From the NCBI GenBank assembly GCA_012295275.1, contig CM022665.1, positions 35,030,001 through 35,094,000 on the forward strand: a DNA stretch of 64,000 nt, in the 5' to 3' direction. The notes under the pieces were generated by a model that was given only the letters and a program-made list of their open reading frames with translations, did no database searches and was not told the DNA's origin. The translations under genes were made by a program, and so were the position numbers. Shown here in pieces: positions 12,701-26,505 of this stretch. This DNA comes from Chrysomallon squamiferum (Eukaryota > Animalia > Mollusca). Numbering within the stretch: the stretch's first letter is position 1; every line of letters begins with the position of its first letter.

Positions 12701-15700
12701 CATTTTGGATTTCAGTACAAAAGGAATTTCCCGCATTAGCTGAAAAAGCCCTATTAGTTCTTTTACAATTCTCTACTTCTTATTTGTGTGAATTGGGCTT
12801 TTCAACCTTAAATAATATAAAAATAAGAAGAGAGAAAGACTACGTTCCACTGAAGAAGAAATGAGAGTTTGCTTATCGCACATACGACCAAATATTCAAG
12901 AAGTCATAAGACAACACCAGGCACAAGTTTCACACTAGGTAAGTGGCAATTCTGGGATACTAACATAATAAACTGTATCAGACAAGTTCATATATGTATT
13001 TTTTAATTTATTTTACGATTTCATCATATAATATTTAAAATTATTACTGTGTCGCGACAGTTTCATGCGCTCGTAGGTATGTCGAGAGTAAAAAAAAGGT
13101 TGAGAAACACTGCCTTAAAGAAAGATAGAAATTATTATAAGCAGATTGAATATAGTTTGATAGAAATCAAGAATACAGGAATGTGAAAATATATCCTACA
13201 TGTTTACAGTGACTGAATTGAATAAAAATTCTGATAACTTGAATATACAGTAAGAAAAATTAAGAATTTAATAAACTGTTTTTGTTTACTGATTATATTA
13301 TTTTATTTTATTATTATTTTTTATTATTATTTTAATGCTATTAAATTAATTTAAAGGGAGTAAGAATGTTTCCTTTTTAATTAATTACAATAATGGAAAT
13401 AAATGTTAAAAAAATGTTGTTAAATATTATACATGAAAATAAATTATCAAATGCCTTTTCTAGTACATTTTTCCAGAGACTGTTAAAAACATAAAAAATG
13501 TTCATTATTTCAAAATATATTTTGCTCCTTAATGACCCAGTTTGACTTCAGTTTATACAAATTTTAGTTTTTAATTTTCTTAAATGAAAAAAAATCGTGA
13601 ACTTTGAAGATAATTAGAAATTGGAGATTTAAAAAAAAACAAATTGTCCCTCATTGCAGCATCAAGGAACATTCCGGCAAGGTTATGCCAATTGTTGTAG
13701 AACAAAGCATAGAATATCTTAAAGAAAATGGTAAGTTTGAACTATATAACAGTTTATTCTTCTAAATGTAATTAAATTAATAGATTAATTTAAAAGAATA
13801 TATTAAATTCTAAAATTTTAAATTCATCTTGTGATGTACTTGTTGCTGTTATCCATTATGAAAGTCCTGGTTTAAAAAAAAAATCAAATCAAAAGGCTGA
13901 AAATGTTTTAATGAAAATTTTGAATAATATTTAAGTGTTTACTTTTTTTAATGTACTTTAAAATGATGTTGGTGGGGATAAATGACTAATACAGGACCAG
14001 TTTTATTGGCTGATTTTATTTATTATTATTTTTTAATATTTTTTTATTTAGCTTTGGAGGTTGAAGGAATATTCAGACGATCACCAAACCAAGTGGTGCT
14101 AAAAGAAACACAGCAAAAATATAACAAAGGTTAGATTTAATATTGCAATATGTTTATCATTTGATAATTACAGTCAGTTTTTTACAATTTTTAATTTAAA
14201 ATGTAATGTTGCTGGTGAAACAGAACTCATTCTTAAACATAATGAATTTAAAAATTTGGTTTTGGACTTTCCTCTGAGTTTATTTAGTGTCAAACTAGAT
14301 ATATTTACTATATTTTACAATCTTAAGAAACAACTTTAATATAAAACTTTAGGTCTTTTTTTTTCTTTTGGTTTTTTTAATTTAATTTGTTCACTGTCAA
14401 CAAATCTGATTACATATCAGTGAAATATTCTATTTTTTAAATGTGTTTATTTGTAATGTTACAGATAACTGAAATATAATTATTTTGATTATTATAAATA
14501 CAATATATTGTTTGTTTTAGGAGAGGAGGTAATTTTTAATGATGTACATACTGCTGCTGTGATACTGAAAACATTCTTACGAGAACTGCAAGAGCCAATC
14601 CTTACATATGAACTGAATGAACCTCTCATGCGATTGCAGGAACGGAAACAAGGTGAGTTACAAGCTTTTGCTAATCCTAATTTTGTTATTTTATTTCCGA
14701 ACATTGTTGGAAGCCATTTTGTTTTTGTCAGTTCAGTTTGTTTTAGTTTGTTTGGCTAATTCCTAGGATATGTTTGATTATAAAGATGCAAATAACATGC
14801 ACTCACTTTATATAAATTAACTAACTATCACCTCTTCGTGTTTTCATCAAGTAAAAAAAAGATAGGAGCACTGAACTGAGAAAAGACTCCCTGGTTTCTA
14901 AATTTATAATGACAGAAATTAAAAGCTTTTATATTACAAAATGTCATACCAGTTATTAAAATAATTAGGCTTATTGAAACAGAATAAAAGGCATAATGGT
15001 ATGACCTGCAGTAATATCTTCTGTTTTTTAAATTAATAATTTAAAAAAACAAAAAATTACAGTATGGCTACACTCATATATAAAAGATGTTGTGTCATTA
15101 TATGATTATCAAGGAAGAATATTTGCTTATTAAATCCACCAAAGATCCATATTAATTCAGAAGCTTTATCTGACTATTAGTTCAGTTAATAGAAACATAT
15201 TTTATAAGCAGATTTGGCAGTTTTCATCAGTGGAACGTCTGTTAACATAATCCATATGTTCAAATTCATTTTATAGACTGATAAACATTGTTAATTTTGT
15301 TGTAAAATTAATGAGTTTGCATTTGTAATTTGGTTTGCTAATTACAGTTGGTTAGTTAAGCATATTTTATGACTAGTGAATTTTAAAGAAATTAGTTAAA
15401 TATGGTATGAAATTGTATTCTGGTTTTTTTTAGTGTTTGATATTAATCAGCAAGTATCAGAAGTTGAGAGGATGTTAAGAGAAGAGCTTCCAGAAGACAA
15501 CTATATTGTGTTGAAATATATCATGCAGTTCCTTTCAGAGGTGATATATATATTTTATTTATTTTTTATTTATTATACAGACTATAAATGATCATATTTT
15601 TATTTATCATTAGGCTTTCATTTGTTTATGTGTTGGTGTGAATGACAATCCAAATCAGTTATGTCATGAGAATGTATATATATTTAAATACATTAAAGTG

Positions 15701-16157
15701 CATAAATACTTTAACTTCATCAAACTTCAAAATTATGGGAATTGTTGTTGCTGTCTGGATGACTTTATTATTATTATTGTTATTATTTTATTGTTTTATT
15801 ACAACTGCTACTACTGCTACTACTGCTCCTCTACTACTATTTAACAGTTAATATTACAAGGATATAATTATATAATTTATTTATTTGGATTTATAGATCA
15901 AAGTATAAATCATGGCCATGAAACTTGACATCATGGTTAGTTTCTTATAGCTTTTTGTTTTATTATTATTTTTTTTTAAATTTTCTCAGGTTGCTGCCAA
16001 GTCTGATGTGAACAAAATGACTGCAATGAATCTAGCCATTGTCTTTGGACCAAACCTCTTCTGGCCAAAAGGACAGGCCACTCTGTCAACAGTGAGTATC
16101 ACAAACAGCCTGGCCAAGTTACTCATTGAACATTTCTCAGAGGTCTTCGTCAGATGA
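2926..16157 (+). CDS. ARHGAP1: Rho GTPase-activating protein, ARHGAP1/ARHGAP8 family (BCH/CRAL-TRIO + RhoGAP); start codon lies upstream or was not identified
   Basis: Phase-consistent exons: 2926-2952 (tentative), 7188-7291, 7665-7725, 8469-8556, 8841-8972 (GC donor), 9310-9396, 11300-11398, 11779-11889, 13660-13730, 14052-14129, 14521-14652, 15434-15540, 15990-16157 (TGA). BCH motifs: [44 protein letters not shown]. RhoGAP motifs: QQFGVTL, EGIFRRS (arginine finger), [26 protein letters not shown]. Confidence 0.93.
11930..13112 (+). mobile_element. hAT (Buster/Charlie-type) DNA transposon, internally deleted, in an ARHGAP intron
   Basis: TIRs CAGTGATTCTCAACC / CAGTGTTTCTCAACC (1 mismatch). 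Perfect 8-bp TSD CCTTAAAG at 11922-11929 and 13113-13120, with the nnnTAnnn pattern. Confidence 0.93.
12290..12938 (+). pseudogene. Frameshifted C-terminal fragment of a Buster/ZBED5-SCAND3-like hAT transposase
   Basis: Motifs [52 protein letters not shown] (hAT dimerisation domain) and [18 protein letters not shown], split across frames by shifts near 12655 and 12830. Confidence 0.88.
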
Positions 16158-16463
16158 TGATTCACACAGCAGTCACATTCAGCAGGCAGACAGATCCATT
16201 TCTTTTTACCTGTTCTGTAATGAACTGCATGTATTTTTATTATATTATCTTGTACTTTGTTACTAGATAATAATTCAATTTTTAACTCAGGCTCTGTTCA
16301 TAAGAGCGAATGTTTTAAAGGGTTTAATTAAACACATGTAAATGAAATAATCTGAAAATAGTGGGGATTTTTTTATTTGCTGTTTCTTTTCTTTGTTCTT
16401 CTTCTTACTGTTGTTGTCGTTATTGTTATTATTATATTTTTATTATTATTATTTTTATTATTA

Positions 16464-16497
<34 letters not shown>

Positions 16498-19400
16498 TTT
16501 GTTGTTGTTGTTGTTGATGTTATCTTTTGGTGATTTGCTTTCTTTGATGCTGATTAAGACATAATTCTATTGATTTGCTGTAAATGTTTTTCAGATAAGT
16601 ATTCAATACAAAGAAGAATTTATTATTTAAAACAATAAAATAAAATGAACCACATACCTTAGCTGTTTAGTGTCAGCTAAAGAAAATTAATGTGAAGTCA
16701 AATTAAAACAGTGAAAACATAGAGATTACAGAATAATTTGATTCATCCTTCTGTGTAATATAATTAAAACAGAAACCAGAAAATCTTAAATAACCACTTT
16801 AAACATTAAAATTTCTTATTTTATTTTCAGTTATTATTAAGATTGTTTTCCTGTTTTTGTCAAGTTTGACTGTTAATTAATTATACTTTGTTTTTATTTT
16901 TCAAGTGGCTTATTTAGAAATTGTTCAGATTTGTTTTATCTGCAAATACTTCAAAAATTGTTTTTTTGTTTTTTTAAACAAAGTTAAAACCACAGTACAG
17001 AAAATCAGTCTTCCATTACTGATTGTGTTCATGTATGAAACAGCCAAAGTAGACAAAAATTATTTTTATTAAAAAGAAATTAATAATTCGAAAGAAAGAA
17101 AGAAACCTTAATGATAATATTGCTTAAGAATGTCAGACAATTTCACTACAACAATTTTATTTGAAAATATTATACTTAAGCATTTAAAAATACTAAGTTG
17201 GTTTTTAAATTATTGAAATGTGTAAAAAAATAAATATGAAAAAACAAAACAAAATAAATTATAAAAGAACAGGAAAAAAAAAAATTAAAGAAAACAATAA
17301 AATTTTAATTTTATTTGTTTTAATTTTAATTTTTAAATTTAATATGTATTTATTTTTTTGAAAATGAAGAAAAGCTAAAATTAAATGGTATCATTTCATA
17401 ATCCAACCAGTCAAAACGTTGTTTTCAGCTAGTCACAGATTAATGATAGTAAAATATTTTAAATAGTTCCAATACAGTGTTGTTATCATTGTTTGGAACA
17501 CAAAATTTCAATGGTTGTTTAATGTTATTTTAATTTTGATTGTGTTTCCATTTTCATCTTTTAATTTAATTACTTTGTTTCTTTTATAAAAAAATGAAGG
17601 AAATATTAGATAGTACACAAATTTATTTACTTTTTGTTTTTTGTTTTTTTTCTTTTTTTAGTACTCCATTGTTTTAAAAATAGTTATCCAAAACAAAATA
17701 TTCAGATTGTAATTAAATAAATTTGTTGTAAAAAAATATTTTATCTTCTGTATTCTTTCCATGATATTAATTTTAATTGTTTATTTAGAAAAATATAATA
17801 TTCACATGTACAATAACTTATCTGTAAGGAATTCATTATTATTTTCTTATTCAGTGTCATAAAAGAAAACATAGGCTTTTGTTTATTTATATTAACATTG
17901 TATATTTACTATTAGTTTTAATTACTATTGTTGTAATAGACAAATTTAACTTTGTGCATATAATCCATTTTATGTAAAAAGCATTCCAGACTGAAAAATG
18001 ATTTTAAAAATTCTTTAGAATATAGAATTTTCTGTGCACATGATGAAAGCCATTTTAGTTATTTGTCAGCTTTATTGTTAGAAAAAGATGTATTCAAAAA
18101 CAGCAAATATTTGAATAAACATAAAGATGGGAAACATAATAAATTCATTATTACTGTGTATGTATGTATTTATATATATGTAAAACAAAATAAAGTTATC
18201 TGATCAGTTCTAAAATTTATTGTTTTTAAATCTATTTATTTTTTAAAGTTTTGTTTTCAGGGTAAAACTAAAAAAACAAAAACAAATAATATTAAAAATG
18301 TTTTTTTTTTTATTCATCTTGACACACTTTTTCAAAAAAAAAATTTCAAGTGATTAAGTAAATTAAAAATACAATAATATTTCGCAAATGTCTGTAATGA
18401 TTTATTATTATTATTATAATTTTTTTTTTTTTTAAATTAAATTTTCCTTAATTACAGGCCACACTGATATATTTTGTATGTTCTCTTGAAAAATTTGATC
18501 TATTCCACAACTGTTTTGTTAAATTTGTATTCTTACCTATATTTGTTTCTTTTATATGTATTTGTTGTAAATTGTTAAAAAAAAAAAAAATAATAATAAT
18601 AAAAAAATAATAATAATAATATTTCCACTAACATTAATAAACAAACTGAAGAAAGTTGATTATAAAATCTACCACACTGCTTGCATTGGTCTTTTATTTT
18701 GGTTACATTAAATGATGAATGTATCATTCAGTATAAAGGATGCATAAACATGTTATAGGTATTTGTAGCAGTTTCTATATGAAATTGTTTTTTCTGTGTT
18801 GATGGGATTTTTTTTTTTTTTTTAATTTCTAAAAGGGTTTTTGTATAGTTGTTTTTGTTTTTTGGTTTTGTTGATGTAAATTATCAACTAGTTTGTTATA
18901 AATTCACAACAACTGTTTCAGTGCCTGTATGTACCAATATTCTTGTATGGTTTTGGGATAAATATAGGCTATTAGAGTAAATATTTAAAAACAATCAGTT
19001 TTGAATATCTGAAATTTCAATTTGTTTTAACAATCACTTTTTTATTTTTTATTTTTTGTTTTTTTATATATATATATATATATATATGTGCATAAACAAG
19101 CTGGACAAAAAAAATTACTGATAATATAACAGACTTCATTAAGTGATAAATGTTATTTAACTTCACAAAAATGTTAAAAGAAAACTTAGTTTAATCAGTA
19201 AATTATGGAATACCAGTATGTTGGATATTCCTAATTAAAATAATGTTGTGCCTTCCTTTTCTGAATATGCATTATAAAATTTATATATATGATGTCTGAA
19301 ATTTTGTATCGCTGATCGTGTACTGAAACTAGAGTTAACTATATCTTACTTTTGGGTTGTGTTTATTGGGAATAATTAAATATTTTTATCATATCTTTTT

Positions 19401-19908
19401 ATTTTTCCTTTTTTTTTTTTTTTTTTTTTTTTTGTCAGTGTGAATTACAACTTCACATTTGTCTTTTTAGAAAGTAAGTGAGTCTAATTGTTTCAAGAGT
19501 TTCTACTTAATACTTGAAGCAGCCGTCCATTGGTTAAATAAATGTTATAATACCTTTTTTTCAAGAAAACCCAAAACAAACAACAACAAAACAAACTGAT
19601 ATTTGTATCAGATCCATAATTGAGAATTTTTCATAGTCTGTTATTTTCATAATATATTTTGTAAAACTAAACTTAATGTATTATAATTGTTGTGAAATTT
19701 CTGAACATTATTTACCTTTATTTGTTAATAGTAAAATGTTATCTGTCCATTGTTTTAAAAGATTTACTGAGAATGTACAAAGACTTTAGTCTGTAATTGA
19801 ATTTATTTTTCTTTCTGTTGTTTAGTTAGTGCAGTTAATGTTTTATCTGTATATTATTGTCATCTCAGATGATGTAGTTTTAAATTTGATTATATTGTAA
19901 ACTTAAAG

Positions 19909-20490
19909 CAGGGGTGCAGAAGTAGAAGCTATTTCAGTAGTGTGATAGCATATAATACAATGCAGTCAGCTTATATTAAGAGCTTTATAATGCTTACATA
20001 TACAAATATATACACACACAATAAAATAAAGAATGAAAGAGACATATACCTATGATAATATAGCACGTACTAGCTGTTACAAGTATACATTTTAGTGTCA
20101 CATTATATAGATTGTAACTAAGAAATACAGGTATCTTGTGTATCTTATATTTATTACAATGCAGAAAGAAATTAGGCAAGATATTCTAGAAATTTGAAAT
20201 GTGAAATAGCTGTCTTTACCTACGTCTGATTTGTTGTGTTTGAGTTGTTTTTTGGGGGGGGTTTGGAGGGAGGGCAGAATGGGGGTTAAACTAAATTCAG
20301 TAACATCTGAACAGTGCACATGCATTTTATCCCTGACTCAGTGGTACGAAATGCCAAGATGATTTCTCTAACACAAAATAAATATTAAAGAAGAAAAGAA
20401 AATGGAAACTTTCAGAATTGTGGTTTCACCTTTTAACTCATCAGTTATAATTTTCAAGTAAAAAGTGGACAAGAGCTTACTGCACCCCTG
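19909..20490. mobile_element. hAT-type MITE
   Basis: 11-bp perfect TIR CAGGGGTGCAG at both ends; flanking 8-mers ACTTAAAG / ATCTAAAG match 6/8, consistent with an aged nnnTAnnn TSD. Confidence 0.6.
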
Positions 20491-23400
20491 ATCTAAAGTA
20501 ATATATCTTCTCACCACTATTACTGGATTCGGATGCTCTGCTTTGACCTGTATTGTTTAACTTACAAAGCTGAATGTAGTAGACTGATTTTAATTTCTTA
20601 AATACATGTTACATTTCAGTGAAGGTTTTCCAGGTACAGACATTCCAAGATGACAAAAATATTATTAAATATACCAGGAGTAAAATGTTAAGAATTACTG
20701 CTATGGCAATTGTTTATTTAAAGCAGATGATTTTTCTGAAAATGTTTAATGCTTTGTTAATCAGTTTCAAGCTTTCTTAAACGAGTGATCTCTCAATGCA
20801 ACAAGTCAGATCAGTTTGAAGTGTACGTGACAAGACCTCATAGTATGATTCATTTAAGTAGATTATTCAGAATACTCCTTAATTCAGAAAACAGTTCTCA
20901 TCTGCAAATTCTACTACTTTGTTTACCTTACTTCATCATCCATTTCACATTAAAAAAAATATATATACATATTTTACTTGAATAGTGAAAAAAATGTTTT
21001 ATAACAGAAAAAAAAAAAAAAAAAAAAAAACATGTTGTTTAAACTCATGGATTTAATAAATCTATATTATGATTTCAGCAAAAGTTAAAAAGGTAGATCC
21101 CAGGTTTTAAAAAACATTTAAATAATGTAATAACTGTCAGAGAAAATAATGGATCAGATTCATAAAAGAAGTCTGTAATTTAGAAAATATATTTAATGCT
21201 TTACACTCCTGTTAATAAAAGTGTATTTACCACAGGTCATTATAAGTAAATTATATTAATTGGCTTCAAAGATATATGCATGTTCTGTTTACGTTTAAAT
21301 AAACCAGTTCTTTTGGTTTGTTATGTTTTAAATTATTGAGTGGTAATAAATAACCTATTTAGTTGTGGTTTAGATTTAAACAAATCGGTCCCATATAGGC
21401 CATAAATGCCAGTGTATGATTTGCATTGCTCTTTCTAAGGGAATTATACTTACTCACGAGCTTCAGGCAAATAATAATTATTTTATGATTTATATATTTT
21501 TTATTAGAATAATCAAGTGTGCCATGGATGAGATTAAATGTACATAGTATATGCTCATTTTATTTAATTGCCTAGCTTACATAGTTCAGTTTATTGCCAC
21601 TTGAGATTCTATTTAAATAAGATAATCAAGATTATTACTTGAATTAAAATATCTATATATATGCTTCTAATGCCATGATGGAACACAGAGACAGAACAAA
21701 ATCATTATTTTATTTCTTCTTGTAAAAGAATACATCTAATACCGCAACAGAACTCCAGTTGTGCTGTTTTTATAAAGAAATTGGAGAGATGCCTTTCTTT
21801 TTCTTTTTGTTGAGAATGTATATTCAGAAAGATGTTTGAAGTGAAGAACAATAGCAGTTTTTCTTTTTAATGCTTGTTGCCGTTTAATTAATTATGTTAA
21901 TGTTTAAACTGCCTTTAGTATTTGTTGATTATAAATCTATTGATAAGTAAGCCACTACTGTAAATAACTTTTTATTTAAAGAATCTCTTGCATAGGTGTT
22001 AACGGTTTATGATTCACCACATAGTTTTTTGCTTTATTTAACATTTCTAATTATATTAGATTTTTCTGTTGTACATTCATTGTTTGTATTAGGCAACTGT
22101 GTTTTGAGGGGTTTTTTAGGGTGAGGAGTGGGTGGCTATTGTTCGGCTAAGCATAGTTACATTTCTTCTTGGTTTTTTTAAATATATTTATTAACTTAAA
22201 TATGTGAATTTATGACTTCACCAAATGTTATGTATATTATTAGTTTATTATTATTACTTATGTCATATATTTAAAGTTTCTTAATAACAGTCACAGCCAT
22301 TCCTATGAACCTTTTTTTTTTTAATTAAATTTACTTTTTCTTCTTTTCTAATTAGTTTTTAGAATAATAGTAAATCTGAATAATAAAATATTAACATTTA
22401 CTTAAAATTATTGCAATAAACAATATAATGATGGTGATAAAACAAAAAATTAACTTTGAAAAATGGACAATGATGACTTGTTTAATTATGTTCAAGTCCT
22501 TATTTCCCTCCTTTTGAAAAAACACAGTAACGTACAAATTCATTCTGAACTGGGATAATTTGCTTATTATATTCCATGACTTTTAGGAGTATGTCAGGGA
22601 AAGAATGAATATTTGTTTAATGGTTAACAGCTGTTAGATGTCAAGCATAAAACATTTTTTATTATAATTTGTTTGTTTAATGAGATAGAAAGCACATTTC
22701 CACCACTTCATGAACTACTTTTACTGATTAGCAGCAAGGGATTTTTTGTGTAGACCTTCCCACAGACTGCATAGATAACCCTTACAACAGATTAGAATGG
22801 TGTATAAATCCAGCAGGTGCATTGAAAAAAACAACTTTCAGTAAATTGAACTCCATAGCTTTGGGGCTTTTTTTATACAATAATAACTAAAGATCAATTC
22901 TTCAGTATGTACCATGCAGCTAAGCAGAATAGTAACATGTTTAAAAAAAACAAATTGAAAACAGTGACGTAAAATACTAACGTTATATTATAATTTATAT
23001 ATTGTTTTAACATCAAACCTGTTTAATATTATTGGTTAGTATGAACCTTGGAAACTTTCATTTTTTATATTTTTTTAATAAATTCTACAGTGGCTTGATG
23101 TTCCATAGTTTGTTAAAAGGTTTAAAATTTTAGGTTATAATTTACTACAAATTTTGTAATATAAAATAATTGTTGCTGTAGAACAAACATTTCGTATGAT
23201 GATGAACAGTGTATCTACATGATGAATAATACTTAAAATTAGTTCATGCTTTAATACTAGTAACTAGATATAATATTATATGTTTGTATCTGAAGTCTAA
23301 CTTGTTATTCATGACATAGAAACTGGTAAAAGTATTTTAGAAAATATTTTATTTGTAAATAAATGTACTACTTTAAAACATTTCTGTACAAACAGAATCT

Positions 23401-23930
23401 TTAGTTTTGTCATCAGAATCAGTTGCTTGTTCTGAAAGAAGTTACAATTTAGATAACTTAAATCTCTCCTTCAGTCCATATCTAAGTTTATTAACATTCA
23501 TTAGCTGAAATACTATATACATGGTTCAGGCATATTAACTCTCAGAGAAATCACAGATCATATTGTATTTGTTTATGTTTTGACTTAGCATGCATTACAA
23601 TAATAATATTCTGTTGGTGGTGCTGATATCTCATTTTGTTGATATTTAAAAAAAAATAAAAAAAATTGAATTCACACTGGTGTTTATTGTCTGTTCATTT
23701 TGTCTGTAGTCTTAATATTACCTTTATTAATTTGTTAGTGTGTTTTTAACTGCTATTAGGAAACCACAGGTATCATTTTTACAAATAAAAAATAGGTAGA
23801 AGTCTGTTATATTTATTTATTCCTCCTTCCTTCTCCATCTTATATTCTTATTATTTTATTGTTATGACAAGAAACTGAAAGACGCACTTCAACAATACCA
23901 TGCTAAAACTTTTTACCAGTCAACAGCTTG

Positions 23931-23973
<43 letters not shown>

Positions 23974-24448
23974 CCCAACCCACACACAGATACATAAACA
24001 CCTTTCCTACAGACAGTAACATTTATACACCATGGACTAAATAAATAGGAACTAGCTGAAAGGGGAAATATCCAAGTGTACATTCTAACCACAGAAGTAT
24101 AATCCACTCCTTACATCATCAAACATGGATAATCCCTTATGTGGATAATAGCATGGTCGACCTGTCACAGTCAAAAAATGCCCAGCTTTTATTATTATCT
24201 GCATCAGTTATTATAATGATATTATACCTTACTAAAAATGAAGTTGTTACATAAACACAACCGATTTGCTAATAATGAGCCAAGGTTAGGATTAACTGAG
24301 GGTGAAACTAATCCAGAAGTATGGTCACAATACTTTTGTGGACTGTGGATACAGTTGCAGCCAGAAACGAATGAATATTAATTTAACTCAGAAAGGATTG
24401 TATTGTTTACCATTACTCTTGTTACTCTTGTTACTTTGTCATAAAGAA

Positions 24449-26505
24449 ATGATGAGTGATCGAAAAGAACGCGAAGATCTATTGTGTCAGCATAGTGGAA
24501 GGTAATCACTGATTTGAAGTTCTCTAACTCAAATATTCTAATTTGTGTTGTATCAGGTTTGTTGATAAGCTGAAATGTAGTTAAATGCAGTTTATTACAT
24601 TTAAAAATAAATTACCAGTATGGTATAATGCAAACAATGATTTTCAAACTGTTTATATTTTTAATTAAAGTAAATTCACATAATTGTTACTTTTAATATG
24701 TTTTAAGATCAGATCTGTAATTCAGATAATGCTATTTAAAAATACTTGTTTTTGTCATTTGAATTTAACAAACCGAAGTCGGAATAGCACGCTTTAGTAA
24801 TAATATACCTTACTGTCACGTAGCTTTTACTGATTAAAACAATACTAAAATTACCAAACATCATATAAGGCCTTAATGAGAATGTGGCAATCCTCCTATA
24901 AATAGAACAATGTTTTCAATTAAGTTAACAGAAACAAATAATCTAATTTTTCTCAAATTATACAGTAGAAACCGTTACTGGTTTTAATATTATATAATTT
25001 GGCAAGCATATTTTTGTTTATTATTATTATTTCTGGTGAGACAGAGTTGTGCCTGCAGGAGGGAAATTATTTTGCAGTGGAATGCACATGTGTGTAGAAA
25101 TAAGGAGTATATTTTATTATTATTACTATTTATTTATTAAAGAAGTGGAGATCCGCTTAGCATCAGACAGCTGAAAGTGAGTATCTCTATCCCCCAGTTG
25201 TGTTTAGTGTCTGAGTGGAAAGTCCACCAGGAGAATGACAGGAACTCTGCGATTCCCGCCACAGAACACAGAACACCTCGCAAAGGAAAACCTAACTTCA
25301 TAGATCAGAAGTATGTATACAGTTTGAAATAGAATAAATGAATGACACCTCTCATGAATATGTTAATATTTATTTACCTTAAATTTTAGTTATAGTATAT
25401 ATGGTTGTGCAACAAGAAACAGGAAACAACATCAAAACAGTTTGCAATTGTATAATTGTTTTTATTGATAATAGGACTTATTATATATATATATTTTTAA
25501 TGCGTTAACTAAAATATTAATTAAGTAAAACATAAAAATATAACAGAAAACCATAATCTGTTTAAGCCTTCACTTTTTAAAATTTTATTTTATTTTATTT
25601 TATTTTATTTATTTATATTTTTAATATTTATTTTGCATATGTACTGATGAAGGAGTATATAAAATAAAGAATTTTAAAAACTTTAATTTCTTAATTATGT
25701 TGTAAAATTATTCCAGTTTTTGATATATTATTATTACTACTACTACTACTTCTTAATTTTCAGGACACTTTATGACAATAAACGAACATTCGTTGCTAGC
25801 AGAGTGCTGGATCCATCTCCAGCACATCCTGTCAGATGTACATCATTGATAAACAGACATAACCGGATAACAAACCTCATGAATGACAACAACCAGCTTG
25901 ACAGCTTCAGAAGCATGATAATACAAAGCTTTTACAAAACCCCAGCATATCCACCTCCTATAAGTGACAACAAATACCCAATTGTACGCAAGGGCAGTTT
26001 GTATTACCATCTGGTGGAAAGTCTGAAACGACAAAAGCCAAAACAGGAAGAAATAGACATTCAAGTCTCCCTTCTGAAGCCAGTGACTTGTCAGTTTAGG
26101 GAAGGTTTTGACAGAGAATACTGCGATATTCTGGGTCCCGTATCATGCTCCCGCTGCATCGAAAGAACCAACAGACATCTCGCCAACGAAATCCAGAAAG
26201 GCATCTTCCCTGAAATTGAAGTTACCCTCAACTCACTTGTTGTTCCTAGCATGTACAAAGCAATGAGAACGAGCCACACTGTGCTAGTCAGGAAGAAGAG
26301 ACTGCATGAACTAAGTAAACTAGATCAGAGTTTTTTGCTGCGACGTCGAGAGACACCATTACGACCTAGTGCCCTGCACCGTCTGACAACACAGTCCACC
26401 AAGCTGCCCAGTTTCAGTTCGTCCGACCAATTTCCAAACTGGACATCATCATTTATGAGTTCACGAAACATCACCTCATTAACAATTGAATCATCTGTCT
26501 TTTAA
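24449..26505 (+). CDS. Uncharacterised ~320-aa protein, 3 coding exons
   Basis: ATG at 24449; exons 24449-24501 (AG|gtaatc), 25143-25310 (AA|gtatgt) and 25764-26505 (TAA). Both introns are GT-AG and phase 2, joining into 963 nt with no internal stop. The exons are GC-richer than their flanks. Confidence 0.75.

Noticed and set aside
15638-16564. Hydrophobic or Cys/Tyr-rich short ORFs resembling membrane peptides
   Set aside because: Produced by (TTA)n, (CTA)n and (TTG)n repeats in intron and UTR sequence.
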